Shown: one piece after another, positions 1 to 7,143 of the stretch
Layout of the letters: each line of letters begins with the position of its first letter
How positions within the stretch are numbered: the first letter of the stretch is position 1
Source of the DNA: a virus
UHGV virus genome: UHGV-0053376
DNA: 10,524 nt
Reading direction: 5' to 3' (one strand)
The notes under the pieces: generated by a model
The model's input: the letters and a program-made list of their open reading frames with translations, nothing else
Told to the model about the DNA's origin: nothing
Databases searched by the model: none
Program-made: the position numbers and the translations under genes

Positions 1-106
1 CCAGTCATCGCTGGCACTACCACTGCTGGTTCAGAGTTAAAAAAAACTATGATTTTTTTCATGATGTTACCGTAGTATGTGAGTATCCATCGAATAGACA
101 CCAAGC

Positions 107-126
107 AAAAAAGCTCCCGAAGGAGC
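107..126 (-). terminator. Putative intrinsic terminator downstream of the csp gene
   Basis: Plus strand has an A-run 107-112, then stem gctcc 113-117 / ggagc 122-126 with loop cgaa. On the minus strand that is a GC hairpin followed by U6. A T-rich stretch also follows on the plus strand, so it may act in both directions. Confidence 0.4.
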
Positions 127-333
127 CTTCATTTTCACTTTTTTAAATCCAACGACAGACGGCTGGCATTTAAGTATTGTGAAATATTATCAAATGTAAT
201 CATCATTGATTTACAAAAGATACATTTTGCCCCGAAAGGATTCATGTCAGAAACATCAAAAGATGATGTTCTATACTGGGAACCATGACAACACGGGCAT
301 CTAAAGTGAATATGGTTTGTAATATTGTCTACC

Positions 334-546
334 TCAAAGCGCCACTACATGAACAGCGGCAGGACCTTTAGGTCCGTTCTCAATACCAAATTCAACTTCC
401 TGATTCTCAGTTAATGTTTTGAAATCGTTGCTCTGAATTGCTGAGAAATGGACAAACACATCTTTGCTGCCATCTTTCGGCGTGATGAAACCAAAACCTT
501 TTTCAGGGTTAAACCATTTCACTAAACCAGTCATTTTGTTAGACAT
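334..546 (-). CDS. cspI: Cold-shock protein, CspA family (CspI-like), 70 aa
   Basis: Translation [38 protein letters not shown]... carries the RNP1 motif KGFGFI and RNP2 motif VFVHF of cold-shock domains. ATG at 546 with AAGG about 9 nt upstream. Sequence matches my recollection of E. coli CspI, and position next to Rz matches the Qin prophage layout. Confidence 0.85.
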   Translation of the reverse strand: MSNKMTGLVKWFNPEKGFGFITPKDGSKDVFVHFSAIQSNDFKTLTENQEVEFGIENGPKGPAAVHVVAL

Positions 547-760
547 AATTATTACCTTTTGAAGAAATTAGCCCTTGGGCAGAATGGTCCGAAAAAAATA
601 TCAGAGAGAAAAACCAACAAGGAAATCTCAAGAGGTACAAATAATAAAATTATAACAATGACTGCTTCAGATAAATTTGTAACAAACCAGAACACCATTA
701 ACGCATGATTAACCACCCATAGCAAGGATTACTTTTGTAAAGAAAAACACAGCAATGAAA
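547..760 (-). promoter_or_regulatory. AT-rich leader and promoter region of the csp gene (long 5' UTR expected for CspA-family genes)
   Basis: About 360 bp of AT-rich non-coding sequence lies upstream of the csp start. CspA-family genes typically have leaders of roughly 150 nt. No promoter hexamers could be placed confidently. Confidence 0.25.
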
Positions 761-907
761 GAATAGCTTTATTTATTAATAAAACGTGTCATTCTGATTA
801 AGACCTTTTATCTTACCCTTAAGATTTCAGGAATTTTGGCTCATGGAAGAGTCCTTTTTATTCAAATTTTACATTCCGCGATGTAAATGTTCCGATTTAA
901 TATTACC

Positions 908-1935
<1,028 letters not shown>

Positions 1936-2046
1936 GGATATTTATCAGGATTTATCGGTTCCGAATCCCTGGATATGTTAAGCCTTCACCCCGCCAGTGG
2001 TGGGCACTGGCCAGGGTATGTCAATCTGATAAACACAGAGGTGACT

Positions 2047-2307
2047 ATGGATTATCCAAATCTACCAAAACAAACTTTTGCTGATTTAATCGCACTCAGG
2101 CAAGCAGTCGTAGCTCTAATCAACGTGTTGCCGGATGAGGAAAAGGAATTAGTTAAAGCAATTCTTAACAGAACTGCCGCCGATTTTTCATCATTCCCAC
2201 TGACAGATGACCTTGCGGACCTTCCTGAATTAATTGCAGCGTCCGCCATTAAGCTTACTGAAGAGATTTACTCTCCTCAAAAGCCTTCACAAAATTCCTG
2301 CGAGTAA
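2047..2307 (+). CDS. Hypothetical small acidic protein (86 aa), convergent with and overlapping the 3' end of the 169-aa gene
   Basis: ATG at 2047 is preceded by a strong SD (GAGGTG, about 6 nt spacing). Product MDYPNLPKQTFADLIALRQAVVALINVLPDEEKELVKAIL... looks helical and protein-like. It is the only plus-strand ORF with a good RBS in the window. Its last 53 nt overlap the convergent 2255..2764 gene, so reality is uncertain. Confidence 0.35.
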   Translation: MDYPNLPKQTFADLIALRQAVVALINVLPDEEKELVKAILNRTAADFSSFPLTDDLADLPELIAASAIKLTEEIYSPQKPSQNSCE

Positions 2308-2764
2308 CTTCAATGCAATAATCGTAAAACGCCGCGAACTGCTCATCGCGGCGTTTTTTTGCATCTTCAGAAGGCATCAGCGTCGACAGTTTTTTATTCA
2401 GTTCAACGACGCAATTCTCCAGTTTTTCAATGCGTGATTCGATATCATCTTTTTCTGACAGTATCGTGTTATATGCATTGTTAATTTGTATGGTATACCG
2501 ATCTTCGGAACAAAGGCACTTTTCCTGTGACTGTTCATCCCCTTCACATAACCCGGCAGCAATATCCATGAAAAACTGCTTCGCCTTCTTTTTCGCCTCA
2601 GCTTCGTAAAACTCCAGCGGGGCACCTTCAACACGATCAAGATCAATCACCACATTTGGCAACAACAGTGACGTATACCCACCCGTTTCCAGCGCTACAG
2701 TAACAGTAATCTTATCCGGGTAATTATTTATCCCTTTAACAACCAGTTCGTATTGTTTATTCAT
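2255..2764 (-). CDS. Hypothetical protein (169 aa) inserted between holin and endolysin; possibly analogous to the ydfR-type gene at the same position in Qin
   Basis: ATG at 2764 is 3 nt after the holin stop, with GGGGAGAG upstream, so it is translationally coupled to the holin. No transmembrane segment; C-terminal half predicted coiled coil (IESRIEKLENCVVELNKKLSTL). GC content is visibly lower than the flanking lysis genes. I recognise no family. Confidence 0.7.
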   Translation of the reverse strand: MNKQYELVVKGINNYPDKITVTVALETGGYTSLLLPNVVIDLDRVEGAPLEFYEAEAKKKAKQFFMDIAAGLCEGDEQSQEKCLCSEDRYTIQINNAYNTILSEKDDIESRIEKLENCVVELNKKLSTLMPSEDAKKRRDEQFAAFYDYCIEVTRRNFVKAFEESKSLQ

Positions 2765-2767
2765 CGT

Positions 2768-2983
2768 CTACTCTCCCCGCGCCGCCTTACGCCGGTCTTC
2801 TTTAATTTTGAAATACAGGTTCGTCAGGTACGTCAGCAGACCAAACAGCAGACTCCCCAGCACGCCTATTGCCGCCCACTGAGACGGGGAAACCCTGTCC
2901 AGCAACTGCAGGAACCAGTAGCCCGTTCCCACCGCTGACGTGGTGTATGACACACCTGTTGTGATTTTTTCCATCTGGTACAT
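2768..2983 (-). CDS. Pinholin (class II holin, phage 21 S21 family), 71 aa, with dual-start motif
   Basis: Translation [71 protein letters not shown] closely resembles S21 pinholin as I recall it. Two in-frame ATGs (codons 1 and 4) fit the antiholin/holin dual-start arrangement. SD GGGAGA upstream. Pairs functionally with the SAR endolysin. Confidence 0.85.
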   Translation of the reverse strand: MYQMEKITTGVSYTTSAVGTGYWFLQLLDRVSPSQWAAIGVLGSLLFGLLTYLTNLYFKIKEDRRKAARGE

Positions 2984-3008
2984 ACCCCGTCTCCCGTACT
3001 CGGAAGCT

Positions 3009-3049
3009 CACAACAACAAAAGGGCCACCAGCTCTTTACTGATGGCCCT
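3009..3049 (-). terminator. Putative intrinsic terminator or attenuator just upstream of the lysis cassette
   Basis: Minus strand folds as agggccatcag / ctggtggccct (about 11 bp, one G-U) with a 7-nt loop, followed by TTTGTTGTTGTG. Lies between the 97-aa ORF stop and the holin start. Confidence 0.35.
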
Positions 3050-3058
3050 GCCCCGCCG

Positions 3059-3349
3059 TTACAGCATTGTGCCCGGTTCGGGTTGTGTGTCTGTCATATC
3101 CGTCACCGGTGACTCCGGCTGAATATCACCATTTTCCGTGGTGACATCTTCCGCCTGTGGTTCCGGAAGCAGTTCCGGGGATGGTTCCGGCTGTGCACCA
3201 AGCAATTCATCCAGAATTGAATCCACTTCTGCATCAAGACGCGCCTCAAGGTTCTGCCGAAGTTGCTGTTTCAGTGCGCTCCGGACTTCTTCAGAGCGCA
3301 GGACTTCCTTCACTGCCTCAGCAGTGACCAGCGATTTTATTTCTGACAT
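3059..3349 (-). CDS. Hypothetical acidic protein (97 aa), Glu/Pro-rich C-terminus
   Basis: Internal ATG at 3349 chosen, because the longer six-frame ORF (to 3523) would overlap the neighbouring ORF in another frame. Product MSEIKSLVTAEAVKEVLRSEEVRSALKQQLRQNLEARLDAEVD... is helical then low-complexity acidic. RBS is weak. Confidence 0.4.
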   Translation of the reverse strand: MSEIKSLVTAEAVKEVLRSEEVRSALKQQLRQNLEARLDAEVDSILDELLGAQPEPSPELLPEPQAEDVTTENGDIQPESPVTDMTDTQPEPGTML

Positions 3350-3386
3350 AGGATTTTCTCGTTGAAAGGTGTTGTCAAGAAAGTGA

Positions 3387-3569
3387 CTACGGAATGAGCA
3401 GATCTTCGGGGTTGCTTCCGGCTGACTGACTGGCACTGATTTTCTCTGCGGCCCTTTTATCAATCTGCCTGCGCCAGAAATCGCGCACTGCCCTGTACCC
3501 ACCCGAAAGAAGATACATAACACAGACTGCCGTACAGAAGTACAGCATCACCTGATGAACAAATGTCAT
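3387..3569 (-). CDS. Hypothetical small membrane protein (60 aa)
   Basis: Single predicted transmembrane helix (VMLYFCTAVCVMYLLSGGY) followed by a basic stretch. ATG at 3569 with a weak RBS. Lies downstream of the esterase gene. Confidence 0.3.
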   Translation of the reverse strand: MTFVHQVMLYFCTAVCVMYLLSGGYRAVRDFWRRQIDKRAAEKISASQSAGSNPEDLLIP

Positions 3570-3666
3570 AGTTTCTTACCGTTATGGTTGACAATGAGAA
3601 CTATTTTCATTTAAAAACCGATATACGAAAGCATCTTTTCTTTACATTCTCCATTGGGATTACCTC

Positions 3667-3702
3667 CGCCAGCTTCCGTTCCTGCCGCTGGCGGCTTTTT
3701 TT
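3667..3702 (+). terminator. Plus-strand-oriented intrinsic terminator-like hairpin next to the 3' end of the esterase gene
   Basis: Stem ccgccagc 3667-3674 / gctggcgg 3687-3694 (8 bp), 12-nt loop, then CTTTTTTT on the plus strand. On the minus strand the U-tract would precede the hairpin, so it is not a canonical terminator for the late operon. Confidence 0.35.
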
Positions 3703-3707
3703 GCCGG

Positions 3708-5696
3708 TTATGATGATGCCCGGCTTTCGTTAACTTTGACTGTGACCGTATCAAGCAGTACAGGATACGTCGCTTTTGCCCCCGTGATATCTGTCAGCGT
3801 CAGCGTATCTGCTGTAAAGCCATCATTTGTCCACATCACAAGGTCAAACGCCGTCTGCTCTGTACCATCAATCACCGGAACGACTCTTTCGCTGTTATTT
3901 CCCGCAAAGCGGAAAACAACTGTATGCCAGTTATGGTCAAATGCCCCAAATGTGCCCAGTTGCGCATTCGACTCCCCCTTGTGGTACATCAGATTCAGAT
4001 TTGATGCATCCGTCTGAAGGAAGAATGATGCCAGCATACTGTTTGCTGCCGCGCCTGACGCCCACTGCGACACCGGCCAGTAGAGACCAAAGACAAACTG
4101 TCCGTTCACCAGTTCGCTTCCATCCGGAATTTTGAACCGTACGGCAATTTCACCCCCCTTGCTGAGAAGATTTTTTGCCTCCTCCACCGCAACAGTACGG
4201 AACATCTTCCAGGAGGTCAGTTTACCCGGCTGTTTTTCCAGTCGCAGCGCCTTCCTGCCACTGTCATCCGTCACAGTGCCTTTACCACCGGACGCATTCC
4301 ACTGCTGCTCTGTCCATACACCATTTCCACTGTTCGCATCATATTCAGCCACCGTCCTGGTACTGCTCACGGCCTCATCATGACCAGTACCAGCAACACC
4401 GCCATCCTGCGGTTTCTCAACACCCGGTACCCCCGGACTGACATCATCACCGGGAGTTGTACCACCCGACTGCGGTGCGCTCTGCCCGGTAAGGAACGAT
4501 AATGTCCGCCCGGCGTACTGCAAAATGGCACCTGCCAGGCGGTCTGAAACAATGCCTCTTCGCGCCCAGGAGCTGAAGTGCGTTTTACGATCGGCTGACG
4601 TCCAGTTACTGGCAGTGCGTGACGCAGCGCCATAGTATCCCGCCGGGATAATGTCCGGATCTTCTGACGGCTCGTTTGTCGGCACATTCACACCATGCTC
4701 ATCCGTCATCAACGGCACAAAGTGAATATTCTGCGCCGCCTTGCCTTTATAGCCTCCGTAAACCGCCTCATACTGCACTGCATACTTCGCCTTCCAGTCG
4801 TACGTGGTGTCACCGCAAATCCACGGGACGCCGGACGTTGTCCCGCCAATACACTGGTCTGCAATATCTGCCAGGTCTGCACGGTATTTATTTACCATGG
4901 CAAGAAAAAGTGCATTGTGCTCTGCATGTCTCCCCGAACTGACATCTTTTTCCCCCTGCATCCAGATCACCGACAACAGCACGTTTTTCGGATTTTTCTT
5001 CAGGGCTGCACGCGTTCTGCTGACCAGGTCACGATACAACGGTTTATCCACCCCCCACAGGGAAGAGCCCGCTGTCGCACCCGACGCCTCATTAAACGCG
5101 CCCTCTGCTCCCGCAGTAAATCCCGAATCGCCACGTCCACACGGGACAAGAAGGATCCCCGCACGGGCAGGCATAAACGGCAGCAGTTTTTTGGCCACAT
5201 GCAGGGCATGCCCCACACAGCCATACTGCCCTTTATTGAGGTCTGCTTTCGGGTGATTCAGATTACTCACGTCCTGCACATCATGCAGACAATGGTCTGC
5301 AGGAATAATGTCGTTATATGCACAGGCCGCACCGCCCGGTGTCACCGTGCTGCGACGCGCCAGTTGCTTAATACGCGGGTCAGGACGATCATACGTATCC
5401 GGCAGCGGCAGCCCCTCGCCAAAAGACATCGAGTTGGACTGCCCGGCCAGCGCAATGACAAAGTAATATTCCGGTTCGCTGGTGGTGCTGATAACAGCGC
5501 CACCATCACCCGACGGTTGCACCACCACCGGTGTGGTGACATCACCTTCCGCCGCAATGGCCTGCATCAGGGTATAGGGCGTGATGGCCACCGGACTGCC
5601 AAATGGCTGCCCCCCCTCCTTCAGTTTTTGAGTCAGTCGCTCCGCAAGGTCTGACGGCGACGCCGCCCTGACCACATCGTAGTGTTTAAATGTCAT
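3708..5696 (-). CDS. nanS-p: Prophage sialate O-acetylesterase, NanS-p-like (SGNH/SASA-family esterase with C-terminal lectin-like domain), 662 aa
   Basis: Contains the GQSN(S)M catalytic-serine block (VIALAGQSNSMSFGEG) typical of sialate O-acetylesterase SGNH hydrolases. Strong SD GGGAGGA 5 nt upstream of the ATG at 5696. Position immediately upstream of the lysis cassette mirrors the large esterase ORF found downstream of stx in Stx prophages. Symbol is given on family and context grounds, not sequence identity. Confidence 0.75.
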   Translation of the reverse strand: MTFKHYDVVRAASPSDLAERLTQKLKEGGQPFGSPVAITPYTLMQAIAAEGDVTTPVVVQPSGDGGAVISTTSEPEYYFVIALAGQSNSMSFGEGLPLPDTYDRPDPRIKQLARRSTVTPGGAACAYNDIIPADHCLHDVQDVSNLNHPKADLNKGQYGCVGHALHVAKKLLPFMPARAGILLVPCGRGDSGFTAGAEGAFNEASGATAGSSLWGVDKPLYRDLVSRTRAALKKNPKNVLLSVIWMQGEKDVSSGRHAEHNALFLAMVNKYRADLADIADQCIGGTTSGVPWICGDTTYDWKAKYAVQYEAVYGGYKGKAAQNIHFVPLMTDEHGVNVPTNEPSEDPDIIPAGYYGAASRTASNWTSADRKTHFSSWARRGIVSDRLAGAILQYAGRTLSFLTGQSAPQSGGTTPGDDVSPGVPGVEKPQDGGVAGTGHDEAVSSTRTVAEYDANSGNGVWTEQQWNASGGKGTVTDDSGRKALRLEKQPGKLTSWKMFRTVAVEEAKNLLSKGGEIAVRFKIPDGSELVNGQFVFGLYWPVSQWASGAAANSMLASFFLQTDASNLNLMYHKGESNAQLGTFGAFDHNWHTVVFRFAGNNSERVVPVIDGTEQTAFDLVMWTNDGFTADTLTLTDITGAKATYPVLLDTVTVKVNESRASS

Positions 5697-5889
5697 GAAT
5701 CCTCCCGGTCGGGATAATGTTGTGAGTCAGATGAGGGGCGGGCTGAAGTCCGGAAGTTACAGGACAATGGCAGGAGGAAGACTACAGCCCGCAATACGAA
5801 AAAGGCCGCGCTATTGCGCAGAGTGATTACTGTCGGATATTATTCGCCAGCTGAAATATTACTTCACGTTTTGTTGTTTATTCCTTGCC

Positions 5890-5918
5890 GCCCGCGTCTC
5901 CCAGCGCGGGCTTTTTTT
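5890..5918 (+). terminator. Plus-strand intrinsic terminator
   Basis: Stem gcccgcg 5890-5896 / cgcgggc 5905-5911 (7 bp GC), 8-nt loop, followed by T7 (5912-5918). Confidence 0.45.
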
Positions 5919-5949
5919 GTCCATAAGAAAGCCCCTCCGGAGAGGGGCT
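5919..5949 (-). terminator. Minus-strand intrinsic terminator, back-to-back with the plus-strand one
   Basis: Stem gcccctc 5931-5937 / gaggggc 5942-5948 with tetraloop cgga. On the minus strand it is followed by UUUCUUAUGGAC (complement of 5919-5930). Confidence 0.45.
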
Positions 5950-6209
5950 GGAGAGTGGCGCTATGTGCCATTGCATGGTGCCGGGTGCCTCCCGGTGAGT
6001 TCAGCCCGGTGACACTAAACCCGCATATTCTCGCTTACGATCATCAAAGAGATCATACCGTTCACCAGTCGCCCCTCCGCACAGGGGGATTCACCATGCG
6101 AAATTTTTTTAACAAATGCTCAGCCTGACAGGCAACTGTCAACTTACTGAATTGTGAGGAATTTAACACTTCACAGCACAATATCTTTCCAGCGCCCCAA
6201 AATCATCAG

Positions 6210-6236
6210 GACAGGAGAAAATCTTCTCCCCCTGTC
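6210..6236 (-). terminator. Hairpin overlapping the lipoprotein stop codon (possible weak terminator)
   Basis: ggagaa 6214-6219 / ttctcc 6224-6229 inner stem, plus outer gaca / tgtc pairing. On the minus strand it is followed by CUGAUGAUUUUGGGG, a moderately U-rich tract. Confidence 0.3.
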
Positions 6237-6663
6237 AGAGTTTAAAATCCAGCACGCCATTTCTAAATGCTTTATATACTCCTGAAGACGGTGGTGATGG
6301 TATATCAGCATTCTTTACTGCATTCATCGCTTCACGACATAAATCGGGATCACCGCTTTCTCTTTTAACCTGTAGCAGAAGACCATTCGGGGCCATATAC
6401 ATTCTCAGTGAACACTCTTTTCCTGAATACTTACTCGCATCCTTTAACTGTTCTTCTATGGCTTTCCTGACCTGAATGGCATACTGCCTGATTTCTTCAC
6501 TGGCATCAGGGGTACGTTCCGATGAGCTCAAATTTTGCGACTTTATTAATTTATCTGAGTGATACAGAGAAGCATCATAATTATTTGTCGATACATCTTT
6601 TGTGCAGCCAGTTGTCAGACTGGCTAATATCAAAACAAGAACTGGTACAGCACGGCAATACAT
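6235..6663 (-). CDS. Outer-membrane lipoprotein with a TolA C-terminal (domain III)-like domain, 142 aa
   Basis: Signal peptide MYCRAVPVLVLILASLTTG-C with lipobox-like TTGC and Thr at +2. C-terminal 85 aa (IRQYAIQVRKAIEEQLKDASKYSGKECSLRMYMAPNGLLLQVKRESGDPDLCREAMNAVKNADIPSPPSSGVYKAFRNGVLDFKL) aligns with E. coli TolA domain III as I recall it (…YAGQIKSAIESKFYDASSYAGKTCTLRIKLAPDGMLLDIKPEGGDPALCQAALAAAKLAKIPKPPSQAVYEVFKNAPLDFKP), including both Cys. Good SD (GGAGATGG) and low GC relative to flanks. Confidence 0.8.
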   Translation of the reverse strand: MYCRAVPVLVLILASLTTGCTKDVSTNNYDASLYHSDKLIKSQNLSSSERTPDASEEIRQYAIQVRKAIEEQLKDASKYSGKECSLRMYMAPNGLLLQVKRESGDPDLCREAMNAVKNADIPSPPSSGVYKAFRNGVLDFKL

Positions 6664-6860
6664 TTATCCATCTCCATATTAACAAGAACAATTATCTATA
6701 AAATATAGTAAATATGCGGGATCCGGGAGGACTTGTAACTATCATCTCCGGATCAGCATGTAGTTTTTATTTTTCCGGATGATATATGCCGCAATAATAC
6801 CCCTGCATACAGATGCCTGCAAATATCTACGAAGCATCCGGCGAGAATAAACAAGGAAGT
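6664..6860 (-). promoter_or_regulatory. AT-rich upstream region of the lipoprotein gene containing repeated CCGGAT motifs (candidate promoter/operator)
   Basis: gatccgg 6720-6726 is inverted relative to ccggatc 6748-6754; tccggat repeats at 6774-6780; catccgg at 6835-6841 is inverted relative to ccggatg 6775-6781. The region is AT-rich with several TATA-like hexamers on the minus strand. Exact -35/-10 not assignable by eye. Confidence 0.3.
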
Positions 6861-6863
6861 CTG

Positions 6864-6885
6864 AGGCTATCTTATATGATAGCCT
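6864..6885 (-). terminator. Perfect 8-bp hairpin downstream of the tRNA genes (candidate tRNA-operon terminator)
   Basis: aggctatc 6864-6871 / gatagcct 6878-6885 with loop ttatat. On the minus strand it is followed by CAGACUUCCUUGUUUAUUCUC, moderately U-rich. Confidence 0.3.
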
Positions 6886-6941
6886 GTTGCTCAAAAGACA
6901 ATGATTCACTCATCAGAACCAACAACGCATAATGCAGATAA

Positions 6942-7018
6942 TGGACCGCCATCGAGGACTCGAACCCCGCGCAGCCAGCTTCGAAGGCTGGCGCTCTATC
7001 CCGATGAGCTAATGGCGG
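6942..7018 (-). tRNA. tRNA-Arg, anticodon UCG (would read CGA/CGG)
   Basis: Reverse complement folds as a cloverleaf: acceptor CCGCCAT / ATGGCGG, D-stem GCTC / GAGC with G18-G19 and A20, anticodon stem CCAGC / GCTGG with loop CTTCGAA (U33, anticodon UCG, A37), T-stem CGGGG / CCTCG with T-loop TTCGAGT, 3' CCA encoded. Begins with an unusual C1-G72 pair. Confidence 0.8.
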
Positions 7019-7027
7019 TATGTGATA

Positions 7028-7103
7028 TGGTGGCCCTTGCTGGATTTGAACCAGCGACCTGGCGATTATGAGTCGCTCGCTCTCACCACTGAGCTAAAGG
7101 GCC
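7028..7103 (-). tRNA. ileZ: tRNA-Ile2-like, anticodon CAU (lysidine type), ileZ-like
   Basis: Reverse complement GGCCCTTTAGCTCAGTGGTGAGAGCGAGCGACTCATAATCGCCAGGTCGCTGGTTCAAATCCAGCAAGGGCCACCA is 76 nt with CCA encoded and anticodon loop CUCAUAA. It is nearly identical to E. coli ileX as I recall it. Position between the Q-side genes and the cargo slot matches phage tRNA genes in Stx-like prophages. Confidence 0.85.
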
Positions 7104-7143
7104 GGGCATAGGATAATAACGGTACGTAACTAATTCTGCAATA

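Noticed and set aside
79-288. 69-aa plus-strand ORF at the left edge
   Set aside because: Spans the bidirectional terminator hairpin at 107-126, has no RBS and an unconvincing product. Treated as non-coding sequence downstream of the csp gene.
2234-2646. Short overlapping ORFs 2234..2437 (+) and 2398..2646 (-) within the 169-aa gene
   Set aside because: Alternative-frame ORFs inside a gene that has a strong RBS and translational coupling to the holin. Products are Arg/Lys-rich, low-complexity shadow translations.
3059-3523. Long 154-aa version of the ORF downstream of the esterase gene
   Set aside because: The 5' part would overlap the 3387..3569 ORF in another frame and has an implausible N-terminus. 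An internal ATG at 3349 gives a compact non-overlapping 97-aa gene.
4695-5654. 319-aa plus-strand ORF (also 4804..5256, 4676..4942, 4175..4441 and other plus ORFs)
   Set aside because: These lie entirely antisense to the esterase gene, have Arg/His/Cys-rich low-complexity translations typical of shadow frames, and have no RBS. The minus-strand gene carries the recognizable catalytic motif.
5814-6128. 104-aa plus-strand ORF in the gap between the esterase and lipoprotein genes
   Set aside because: It runs straight through two intrinsic terminator hairpins, has an odd Arg/Pro/His-rich composition and no SD. More likely non-coding.
6664-6941. Possible third tRNA gene or stx remnant between the tRNA-Arg and the lipoprotein gene
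   Set aside because: No T-arm/acceptor pattern and no CCA-adjacent GC stem could be found, and no ORF fragment resembling a toxin subunit was recognizable by eye. Cannot be excluded without alignment.
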